Source of the DNA: Trichoplax sp. H2 | Lineage: Eukaryota | DNA length: 20,000 bases | Direction: 5' to 3' | Assembly (NCBI GenBank): GCA_003344405.1 | Contig: NOWV01000137.1 | Location: forward strand, 183,852-203,851 | Part shown: positions 1-10,300 of the stretch, in pieces | Layout: each line of letters begins with the position of its first letter | Position numbering within the stretch: the stretch's first letter is position 1 | Notes under the pieces: model-generated | Told to the model about the DNA's origin: nothing | The model's input: the letters and a program-made list of their open reading frames with translations, nothing else | The model's database searches: none | Made by a program: the position numbers and the translations under genes

Positions 1-21
1 ATACATTGCTGTTGTACGTAC

Positions 22-103
22 TCAAATATTGATTGATTTGTTCGAGTTTGGCAATCATTTGCCTTTTCGGTAAAGGTTTCACACCGTATTTTTGTAGTTG
101 ATT
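22..103 (-). CDS. SLX4: SLX4 exon 9, SAP-like/MUS81-binding motif (NQLQKYGVKPLPKRQMIAKLEQINQYL)
   Basis: Acceptor attacAG, probable donor GA|GTACGT at 21. It closely resembles the vertebrate SLX4 motif ELDRFGVRPLPKRQMVLKLKEI as I recall it. Confidence 0.88.
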
Positions 104-3100
104 CTGTAATTACAGAATATGCGATTATGAGACGAAATATCATAATTGCTGATAATATTATTATTATGCCGTACTAGCAGAGCTATTAATAAGAACCTTT
201 AGTTCAGGAGTCGAATAATCAGTAACAAGTCGTTGATTAGTAGTATTGCTACTAGGATAATGGGGAGACCCCTTCGCGGTTAAGGTTGCTGATGGACTAG
301 TTTCAAATTCCAGATTACGGTCCTGACTAGCAGAGAAATGATCTATGTCGGCTTTGGGATCTTCCACTACAGTTGGAGACTCATCGCGCAGTAAAAAGAA
401 ATCTAAATCTGCGTTGTATCCTCCATCATCAATAAACTGGAAATCTTCGTTATCGTCTGAATTTTCGGCAGGGTTCTCGTGCATGGACTGGGGGCTTCCA
501 TCTGCAATTTTCCTTAAATTGTCTTGACTGAGGATTAAAATATCATCCGATATTGCTATACTATCTTCGTGGTCACTTTTACTCGACACGACTAATACTT
601 CTTCCTGGCTCAGATGGGAATTTGATTCTTTCCGCTGTGATTGCTCCATCAAGTGGCCAACACAGGATGAATCTGTCGATTCTGTTGTTACTGGCTTGTG
701 AGGGGTTATTTGTGTTAAATCAATAATATCTAAAGATATATCTTCGTCAGCTATTGACTGAGATGAATTATTATCGTTCATTTCTTGATTAACAGTCGTT
801 TCTTTTGTATTATCGATGACGTTGCTACTGCTATCAAATAATGACTTTACATAACGATATAAATGCCTTAATTTTAATCTATAGAAAACAGATATAATAA
901 TTACGTTAGCTCTTCGATTAATTAGGCACTTGAGCTTGTTAATTACATCAGCACATAGTAAAAACCTTACTTTTTGCTTAATTTAGCGACATCGATCAAA
1001 ATTTCCGATGTAAAATTAACGCTGCCAGTATACATATATAACAAGAGAGCTTTAACAACTGCAGCAGAAAAATCATTCAATATCACTTCATATTTACAGT
1101 CGTTTCCATAGCTATGAAATTCCTATCAAATAAAAATGCCGTCGGTGATAAGTAATTGCCTAGGTAAAATTTCATACTTTCTACTAACTTTATATAAGTA
1201 CGGCGATCTTGCCGCAAGGATACACGCATGAGCCATAACTTTTTCTTCATCTTTGGTTACAATCGTAACATCACAAAAATTATCATTTCTTAACATCAAC
1301 GTAAAATCTTGCAGTAACTGGCTACGTATATCTGTTAATATAGCATTCGGTTCATTATTTTCGTTCTAAAGTTGAATAAAGGTTTAAACGATGTTAATAA
1401 AAAACTCTTGATTAAGTGCTTTCAACAATATACTGTATTTCGAAGGATTCCTGTATACAGAATTAAAGTATAGGATACCTTAACATCAGGAATTGATGGT
1501 TCACTTTTCAGGTGGGTCGATTGAAGTTTTGATTTACTAGTTTGACTGATACTTTTCTGATCTGGTAGCAATTGATTGACATAAAAATTATCCACATTCT
1601 TATTGGGTGTTAAATTTGCACTGAGGGACCATATACTGGAGGTTGGGCATGTTGTAGTAGTAGTGCTAGTCGATGATACTTCTGGAGTCCACTTTGGCTT
1701 ATTGGGAGAGGGTATGCTCTCTTGGGGTTTCGTGTAGAGATTAGACAATTTGCTACTACTCATGCTTTGAGTTAATTGAATATCATTTTCTTCATTCTAG
1801 CATTGGGTTACACAATAAAACATTAGTTATAATTGTAAAATGTTTGTCCACTCATTACCTAGTCAATATATTTATAGACTTGCAACCAAAATAACGACAA
1901 TATTTAAAGAACTGTCCTATTCTTGTTCCACAAAATAATAACCTCTTGAAGTAACCGACAAGCATTGCGAGCAATATTTTCTTTTGCTTCCTCTTCACTG
2001 CAAAGCAATAGCTGAGGCATCTCTTTAAATCTAGAACATGTGAAAATTACAGTAGTACATTATATCAATTGGAGTAGGAAAACATCTTTCTATTTCAGTC
2101 AAAGGTTAAGGAAAGTTTAAAAGATACTTAAAAATTGTCAATATGTAGTTATGAGTATCATTACCCTTTCTTTCTCCTCTTCTTGTTGCCTACTGAAGTT
2201 AAATCACCGGGTAAAGCAAACGTGTTGTCCTTTTCTCGTTTACTTTTATCTTGCATGGAGGCTGACATAGCAAGTGCTAATTGCGTTTCCTCATCGACTT
2301 TTGATAAAGTTTTTCTCTTTGCAGGTTTAGCTTTAGGTTCATTCAGATTTTGTCCAAGATCTGGCCATCATGTAATCACACCATCAAATAATGGTAAGTA
2401 AGAGTCAGTAGCATAAACTTGATAAATACGATAAACAAGCAACGCTATTCAATATACGGTTATACATGATATAAGATAAAATAGTGAGATATAGGCTAAC
2501 GATGAACTATAGACACGACACTGTTCAAATGGTAACAGCCGTAAACTGGGTTCAAGTCATAATAATTATTAACTGTCTTAAGGGTCTAAATATCGAGTAG
2601 CATTGCGAACAAATATTGTGCAATAACAGCATTGACAAAAAGTTATAGATCCTGTTATATTGGAAAAGCGACGCGTATGATACAAGGAATTTCTCTACGC
2701 ACATAGCTCAATTTTGCACGAAAGGTCATATGTAGCAATTGCAAAATTGAGATTGACGCTCCATATCATCCATCGGCTGTTTGATCAAGACTGTAGTAAA
2801 TAAGGCAGTAGTAACTTTAATTTATGGTTGCTGGATTCCAATAATATTGAGTCCTCATCATTCAAGTTCTCTTGTAGTTAAGCCACAACATTGATACTAT
2901 TAAAGTTATTGTCTGTTTCTTGGTCATTGTTGGCAGGCAACATTCGTCTAAGACTACTTGTGCTAGTCAACAGTGAAGGAAGAGATGTTGAATGTAGTTA
3001 GTACTAACCTGTGAATCCTTTTTGCTGGCAACATCGAATTAGCTGTTCCGTTGTTATACCATGAGCCTGGCCACAGCGTTTGATATGTATCAAATGATTC

Positions 3101-3945
3101 TGATATGAAAGTATTGAACATCAATAGAATCTGTTCATTTCTTAATGTTTGAAAGCAGTTGATAGAAAAATGATGCTGTTAACTGATATACAGTAACTTA
3201 CTTTAATCCGGGATAAATCTTTGCCGCAAACTGGACAAGCTATCGACTTGGTTGCAGCCGGTGCTGGTGGTTTTTCTTGTTTATTGGTTTGACTTTGACA
3301 ACATTGATCAACATGTCTCTGCTTTGCTTCCATGGATAAGTTACATAACAAGCGGCCACAAACGGGGCAAAATTCCGATAATATCTGCATGGATTTTTCT
3401 TCGTTTTCTTTTTCATCCTGCAAAATTTGAGCTGCAACTATTGAATCCGCATCACAAGTATCAGCTGTCTTCTTCCCTGATGATGACATTTGACTAGAAC
3501 GATGATGATCTAAACATTGATTAACATGAAGGTTGAATAATTCCATTCCATCCTCTTGACCAAGACTGATCATCTCAAGACAAACAGGACAGACACGGCC
3601 ACTACTACTCGCTTCTACGGCTTGGATAGGATTAACTGTAGGCGCTGTTGTTGCACTGCTAGGCTGGATAACAATATTACTGCTTGGCGTTGTTGTTGGA
3701 TGGATTGCACTGTTTGGCTGAATGACTGTATCACTGCTTGGCGTTGTTGTTGTTGGATGGATTATACTGTTAGGTTGAATGGCTGCGTGGCTGGTTGGCG
3801 TTGTTGTTAGATGGATTGCACTGTTAGTCTGAATGGTTGTATGGCTGCTTGCCATTGTTGTTGATTTACGTAATTTCAATTTCCGTTTTGCTTGACTACT
3901 TGAATCTTGTTGTGAATCTTGTGACGCCATCTTCATCAACCGCAT
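22..3945 (-). CDS. SLX4: SLX4 (BTBD12/FANCP) structure-specific endonuclease scaffold homolog; spliced, 3'-partial (continues beyond window start). Exons: 3945-3202, 3099-3009, 2360-2165, 2030-1943, 1796-1479, 1365-1189, 1122-971, 878-197, 103-22
   Basis: Manual splicing gives 8 GT-AG introns (102, 648, 134, 146, 113, 66, 92, 93 nt) with compatible phases and no internal stop. The domain order matches metazoan SLX4: UBZ4-type CPxC...HxxxC fingers; MLR (EETQLALAMSAS; PQLLLCSEEEAKENIARNACRLL; IWSLSA...FYVNQL); BTB (LLQDFTLML...FCDVTIVT...AHACILAARSPYL...LLLYMYTG); SAP-like motif (DYSTPELK|NQLQKYGVKPLPKRQMIAKLEQI). The start could be the ATG at 3945, 3936 or 3930; the ORF-track start at 3948 is TTG. 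Confidence 0.92.
197..878 (-). CDS. SLX4: SLX4 exon 8, acidic disordered linker with SIM-like motifs, start of SAP-like motif
   Basis: Acceptor ttttctatAG keeps frame with ORF 164..781. Donor AAG|GTTCTT follows DYSTPELK. Confidence 0.88.
971..1122 (-). CDS. SLX4: SLX4 exon 7, C-half of BTB/POZ domain
   Basis: Translates as EFHSYGNDCKYEVILNDFSAAVVKALLLYMYTGSVNFTSEILIDVAKLSK. Acceptor ttgatAG, donor AA|GTAAGG. Confidence 0.9.
1189..1365 (-). CDS. SLX4: SLX4 exon 6, N-half of BTB/POZ domain
   Basis: Translates as NENNEPNAILTDIRSQLLQDFTLMLRNDNFCDVTIVTKDEEKVMAHACILAARSPYLYK. Acceptor ctttAG, donor AAA|GTTAGT. Confidence 0.92.
1479..1796 (-). CDS. SLX4: SLX4 exon 5, end of MLR with XPF-binding-type motif (IWSLSA…FYVNQL)
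   Basis: In frame with ORF 1422..1763. Acceptor aatgctAG, donor AAG|GTATCC. Confidence 0.87.
1943..2030 (-). CDS. SLX4: SLX4 exon 4, MLR (FKEMPQLLLCSEEEAKENIARNACRLLQE)
   Basis: Acceptor gttctAG, donor GAG|GTTATT. It resembles the PxLL...helix segment of the SLX4 MLR. Confidence 0.85.
2165..2360 (-). CDS. SLX4: SLX4 exon 3, start of MLR region (…VDEETQLALAMSASMQ…KKRRKKG)
   Basis: Acceptor ggccAG, donor GG|GTAATG, phase 1 in and phase 2 out. It carries the MLR-type LAxAxSxS helix and a basic NLS-like patch. Confidence 0.85.
3009..3099 (-). CDS. SLX4: SLX4 exon 2 (NHLIHIKRCGQAHGITTEQLIRCCQQKGFT), completes third zinc finger
   Basis: Acceptor tttcatatcAG, donor AG|GTTAGT. It supplies the HxxxC ligands for the CPVC in exon 1. 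Confidence 0.88.
3202..3945 (-). CDS. SLX4: SLX4 coding exon 1: Ser/Thr-rich repeat, UBZ fingers 1-2 and N-half of finger 3
   Basis: Part of ORF 3142..3948. It ends at the donor AAA|GTAAGT (phase 0) after CPVCGKDLSRIK. Confidence 0.88.
3652..3850 (-). repeat. Coding minisatellite, ~3.5 copies of a 54-57 bp unit (IQPNSAIHPTTTPSSxxx)
   Basis: The IQ codon pairs start at 3834, 3780, 3723 and 3669 (periods 54, 57, 54). The length difference is one ACA (Thr) codon. Confidence 0.9.
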
Positions 3946-4190
3946 CAATCAGTGGTTATCACTTGGCAAGCTATCACCCTAAGCTAAGCAGAGGAGAGTT
4001 ATCTAGTTGATACATCGCTTAAACGAGTTACCGCCAAGTTGAGGTGGAGGTTGGATGATCTTCAAGATGAAAATTCTTCTGCCATAGCAGCCCAATCTTG
4101 GGATACTTCGATCGTTCGATAGCAAGAGAAAGCAGATTTGAATTGATTGAATCTATGGTTACGCAATCTATCGTATGCCACAGTCCTCGA

Positions 4191-4371
4191 AGTACAGTAC
4201 AGTACATTTTTTTTTACAGTACATAACTGTACAGTACTGAGTACAGTACAGTTACGGACGGCCGTGCCGCTAGCTCTACAGTAGATACTGTACAGTATAC
4301 AGTAGTCTGTACTCTCTACGATACTGTACAGTACAGTACAGTACAGTACAGTATAGTACTAGTCTACAGTA
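4191..4371. repeat. Degenerate (TACAG)n/(CTGTA)n pentamer array with embedded palindromes, in presumptive SLX4 promoter region
   Basis: Many gtaca/tacag units, including a perfect run at about 4326-4353. Palindromes include atactgtacagtat (4285-4298), tactgtacagta (4322-4333) and actgtacagt (~4226-4235). Confidence 0.85.
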
Positions 4372-7300
4372 ACAGAGGCAGGGAGCCACGTACTACCGAG
4401 AGAGTAACATTCAATCGTCTCTGCGAGAGGTCTGGCCTACAGGAATAAGCAAGAATGTTTGAAATGTTTTAAATCGCGCGGGTACCCTAAAGCATGGATA
4501 CTTGGTGTTTAGTATCATGCAAAACACGAAATACAAATTCTAAGCAGTCAATGAAAGGATTTTCCTTCATTTTGACGTACTGTTTCATGAAGTAGCAGAG
4601 AGTAACAGGAAACCAACACTTCTCGACGTTAGCAACTTTTTTCCTTGGTCATTTTACTATACCGCTGGACGGAAATCGTACACCTTGCTGCAGCCAGTGA
4701 TGGACTCGACTTAAGCAGTCTTCACTGCAGGATCCTACATCATCCGTAGATGCTACTATTCTAGTTGGAAGAAAAGGACTCCAACAAAGTTCCTCTCTCT
4801 ACACTTCAGTGCCGAATATTCAGTTATTAAAAGCTGCTGTAATGCTTGCCTATATCACTTTGACACAGGTGTCTTTCTTGACTGCAAAGGACACAACAAC
4901 TTAAATGCAGGGCAGATACCGTATCGATGGCACAAAAGGAATCATTCATTTCCAGTTGAAACAACGCTCTCTGGCTTGCTATAGTCTGTATGCTAGAGGA
5001 GCGTGTTATGGACTAGAGAATACACTCATCATAATCCATGACAAAGTCATTGAAAATATTCGAGATTGGCCAGGTTGGAACGGATTGCTATTTCAAATCA
5101 AAGTACGCAAAGTAAACTCCAACAAGAGACTGACCTTCTTATTTTCTTCGATAGTGGCCTGTAACACATTGAATACGGACCATCTCCAATCGTTAGGAGG
5201 CCACAAGAACTCTATCTTTCTCTTACACTAGATTATAAACCCAATTTTTACTAAAAAATCAACCAATTCATAGTACAGTAAATTTACCCAAACATGAATG
5301 ATCATTGCCTAGATAATATAAAAACAGGTTATCTAAACATGTATCGAACATGATTAGATAAATCGTTATCAGTAAGTTGCTAATTAAGTTATCTAGCGAT
5401 AACCATGTTACTGGGTAATAAATGTATAATTCATTATAAGCAAAAGTCATAGCAATTGCTTATGAATTTATAGCAACAGGAATTATACCTTTATCAAACG
5501 GTTGTTAGGTACGATTATAGATAGGAAAACTTAAAAGCGAAGAAGGCAATCGGAGTCATAACTCTAGCCTATTCAGATTTCCAAAATATGCCGATCAGTT
5601 TAATGGTTCACTCAGGTATATGATCGGCACAACGATGTTGCAAAATGATATATCTCAATATAATTGATTGCACAACATGGACGTGTGCTAATCACTACCA
5701 TTTCCTTATAAAACAAAGTGTAGACGAAGTTGAATGAGCCTAGTTTGTATCAAGATAGTCACGAACTTGCAAGAAAATAACTACATGCATATTCATGAAT
5801 TCGTAGACAAGTAGACGCGGAAAAAACATGCAACAAATCTAAAATTAACCCCACCTTTTACAAAATGTATAAAATAGACAGACTTCTATTCTACCTCGAC
5901 TTGTACAAATTGTATTTACTTCAATAGAATGGAAGCGCTCTGACAATAATAAATCATCGGAAATGGTATTGGAATCAGTCGCATAATAGATGGACAGAAG
6001 CAGTTTCCGCTTGCAAAATCATAACATTGCATAGACGTAATTACACTATTTATCCCATTATCTTAACTTCATACTATTAGCAAACGATAATTTTAATCCG
6101 CCATAAATAATCTTCCTGATTATATATTTATATCTATTAATATCCTAAGACCAGATGACAAAGTGTAAAAAACTATTGATAATGGTGCAATTAAAAAAAT
6201 GATAGATCAAGACAGTATAATGATTTAGAGGATAACTTGACAAATCAGACAGATTAGTTATTCACGTCTGCAAGTATTTGCGATATTTTTGGTCTGTTAA
6301 TTGTTTTGGCCAATTCTACAGTGTTAGAATAGACAATCACGCCGTTGCTACAGAGCTCGAACGCAACAAAATGATACTCGTTCAGAAAGACTAACGGAGT
6401 ATAGTCCGAGCTTAATATCCCAATCAGTCACTAATTTGATATTGAACAAAAAAATTTTTATTTGCTTATGCTATTGCTGATTGCAATTTGCATTAATGTA
6501 TTACATGAATCAGAGGCAGAAGTGCTGTTTATTGTTTCCCTTGAGAACAGCACATGTGCCAGTGAGAATAGCGGAAACCATAGGCATCGTTAGGTAAACA
6601 AGAGATGTCACTGCTTCTCTCAACTACTGCTGCTATGAAAGAATCAACGGTCTCTATTTCACCCTCCTATCCTTATCCTTTAAATTCAATCATTGTCGCG
6701 TACGATATATAAAATTCGATAGCATAGAGATTCATCAGCGTTCTAATTAAAAACTGCAATCAAGTCTTTATTTGCTAACACTGAAATCGCAAAACAAACA
6801 CATTTTCCTGCGCGATTTGTCTGAGGCTGTTCCTATTTATTATGCTAATTGCTTGATTGTAATGATTAGCATCATTTTTACTAGAATTAATTAATTTCAA
6901 TTCATGTGACTAAGTGGATAATAGGCTTATGATATAATCGTTATGATTATAATCAAAAAAACAGAAATGATAACGTTAATGAGATGTTGAACACTGTACA
7001 GTACATTATAATTATCGTTGAAGTTAGCTTGACGATCTCGCTAATCAAATCAACGATCATCGTTTAATATCAATTTTAAGTATGGTCTATTCTTGAATAG
7101 GGTAATTAAAGAAATCGACTGAAGATTTATTGTAATACAAGGATTTAGTATTATCTAGAAGTTATTAGACACCACGACAAAGTGGCTTTAATATTTAATG
7201 CATATTGGAATTAAGAGTTCTGTCTTCCTTCAATACTCGCATCATCTCCTATTCATCTCTAAGAACATACTGCATCATTTTAAACTGGAAAACTATATGA

Positions 7301-10300
7301 TTAGACATAATTTCGGCTAATCTTTATCTAATATAGTACTGGTGAATACACATTTTCTCTTACACTGTAGAGCAGTAAAAGTTATAGCTTTACTTAGATT
7401 TTAAAAGTTTGCATTGCTTAATTGAACCTTAAAATCCTTCAAATTCATATATAATTATAATCATTGCTTATATAGAACTTATCTAATCAAACATAAGCTT
7501 GATTATTAAATCTAATATCTTTGCCATTGACAAAAATCTGATTATATTAAATCTATTTCCTGTTATAATGATGATGATAAATATGAATATAACAGAAATA
7601 GAACCATACGATGTTATAATTGGTTTATTTTCTTCGTGAAAGCTAAATAAACCAAAATACTATAATGCTAGATTCTGTCAGCTAGTACAAGGCATCATTA
7701 AAAGTCTTGTTACCGTGTGAGGCAAAATAGAAACATACAGTTCGTGATTGCCATTTTTCATTCAGCAAACAATAATTATTTAGTAACAGTATAACCGAAT
7801 ATTTTAGTAAGGCCACTCATACCTCAATTTGCCCATTTCTGGTAGCGATGCAAAGACTACTAATTGTTCGCTATAAATTACATGCAAGCCTGCCTAATTA
7901 ATTGCCGCCGGTAAGTACTAAGAACTATTTTATTTTCCTTGTGCTACTCTTTCAATAGTTCATAATCGTACTAGAAAGATTGTTTATGTATTAACAGTAA
8001 CATTTTGACTATTATTAGAATTCAAAGTAAATATACATTATCATCTACATTATCCAATGGACTTTATAAATAAAAGTTTAAAATCCGAATTGATCAAGTT
8101 AATTGGCGGTACAGCGTTCTTATTGATACAAATCAACAGCTGTGGGCTTATCCATTAGAACTTGAATTCATTAATTAGTATGATAATCATCCTCCATAAT
8201 AAAAAAAACAATTAATTGGTTGTAAAACTTGATACTTGGATTTAATTTACAGAATAAAATTATAACAACTGCATCAATCGTCAACCACTTGAATTTTACT
8301 ACTTATTAGCAAGGCCTAGGCCACTCTTGAGTCGTAATATGGCACACTTCATAAAGATCCATTTCTATTGAAGCAGAGAAAAACAGTTTACAAATAACCC
8401 CATCTCAGGTCTCGGAATAGTTCCATTCCAGACACTTAGTTAATCTGTCTATTATATGTCTGATTTCTAGCGCGTAGACATCGTCGGCAAAACATGGATA
8501 TTGTCTAGGAAAGGAAGTAGTATTCCAAAATCGATCGTAATAGTCGATTATTATTGCCCTTTTACGATATGTAGTCCAAAGCTTTTAGACTTTGAGCATT
8601 AAAATTTAATATGTTTTTAAATAAATTGATATGATAGACTGAATAATTTTACAGCCTAATGAATATGAAGAGAATTAATCTATTCAATTGGATTGCCTTC
8701 CAAGATGATTTGCCGATTGCCAAATCTAGATAATACTAATTGTATAGTTGTCTTCAGTTCAATCCATAGTTCCCAGCATTATTGGAAATCAGCAATTATA
8801 ATTACTTCTTGTTTATTTGTAGATCAAATTCTTCCGAATTATTGATGGAAGAACTTGAAATAAGAATCATCTCTGATATTTAATAGTGTATTATTATTTT
8901 ATTGAAAACTTTCTTATTGTCTATAAGCATTCCAACACGAACAGTATCCAATTTTAGGACCTTTCTGCGAATAAATCGAAACAGTTCCAATCGTTAATTG
9001 ATTCAAAATAGTTAAAAATATAGGAGATAAGCTATTCCTTATATTAAATAACAGATGAGATATTCCCTATATTAAATGATTTTCTAACTAAAGGACTATC
9101 TTAAGATTATGATAGCGATCAGCAAGACAAGCTAGCAGTAAAATTATAGCAGAATTCACATCATGTATGCAAGATGCTGCTAGAATCTAGAAATTATAGT
9201 ATTAGCCTAAAGTTTAGTTATTGCCCGGTTTAATAGGAGTCTACTAGATTAACTATGAGCAATTATTGAATCGACATATTCGTAATCAATATTACTATTT
9301 ATCTTTACTGAATGCAGATAACCCAAAATTAAAAGAGAACGATTCAAGTTACATGATTGAAGTTGGACATGATCGAAACTGTCTTTTATGATTAAATTAA
9401 TAAAATGAATAAGTATTCATAAAGAAAGCTTGAATAATGAAAACGTCTATTGATATTTTTACTATATGAGTTATGGTACATGCAGCTATCATTACTAGGA
9501 ATGGAATGAATGCAAACTGAGTTCACTGTGGAAAGATAAACTTTCGCTAGACATTCTAAAGTACTTTCATAATTGCGTTATGGTCGCATTGATGGTACTT
9601 TTGATAATTTGAGACAATCAACAAATAGACTAAGATGATGATTAAGGTTGGCAATGTTGACAATTTGAAAACGATCATTTCAATGCCTTCATTAATATTA
9701 CATTGTTGATGTGTAAAATCAATCAAATTAGGCGTGGGAAATAACCACATTTGATCATCATTCTAGATGAGACAAAAAACATAGTAGTACAGATGCAGCG
9801 GTGATTATAAAAAGCCTCTTGGTCCATCAACTGTTGTCACTTTTCATGCTGATACAGTTGATGATAACAGTAGCCTAATTAATGCTATAGTTATTACTTA
9901 AATTATAGTTGAGTTGTCGGTGGATATCAAAGCGAATAATATAAGCATTGAATACTGGAAGTGGCTTGAAATTCTTAGGTCAGTATTGAACTTTCCCTTT
10001 TTTGTCTATCAAGAGATTAAAATTCGTCTAGTCTAGCTTAGATACTGTTGACAGCCAAAATAGTTTTTAGTCTTATTTAATCATGTTTTAAATAGGAGGA
10101 AACAACATCTTATTTGAACGTACTAGATTAGCAAAATATGTTTTAATAAATGCAATTACATAAAGATAATTGCGGAAATGTTGAAACGATGTTAGCTAAA
10201 CTATCAACGTAATCATTTTAGTGAGCAATTACCAACCATGAATTTATTCTGACATCAATTTAGCTCCAAAAAATTTTTCAACGCCTATTTGGTGCTAGTC

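Noticed and set aside
2770..2962. Protein-looking stretch on the minus strand inside the 648-nt SLX4 intron 2 (possible extra exon)
   Set aside because: The frames I translated contain stops, and exons 2 and 3 already join in phase without it.
345..3810. Plus-strand ORFs 345-527, 2135-2401, 3252-3497, 3556-3810 (Cys/Trp-rich 'AWRCCW' repeats) and minus-strand ORF 3240-3437
   Set aside because: These are antisense or alternate-frame shadows of SLX4 exons. The Cys/Trp periodicity is just the reverse complement of the Thr/Pro minisatellite.
4418..4482. E2F/CHR-like (tttgaa, tttaaatcgcgcggg) and TCTCGCGAGA-like promoter motifs
   Set aside because: The matches are imperfect, the spacing is non-canonical and the TSS is unknown, so they cannot be supported from sequence alone.
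9033..9078. Short direct repeat tattcc(t/c)tatattaaat x2; similarly tctttgactgtatt at 11386 and 11472
   Set aside because: These are two-copy micro-duplications with no array structure. They are not CRISPR-like and there are no associated genes.
9825..9863. Hairpin catcaactgt...acagttgatg (10-bp stem)
   Set aside because: About one such stem is expected by chance in 20 kb of AT-rich DNA, and it is too short for a pre-miRNA.
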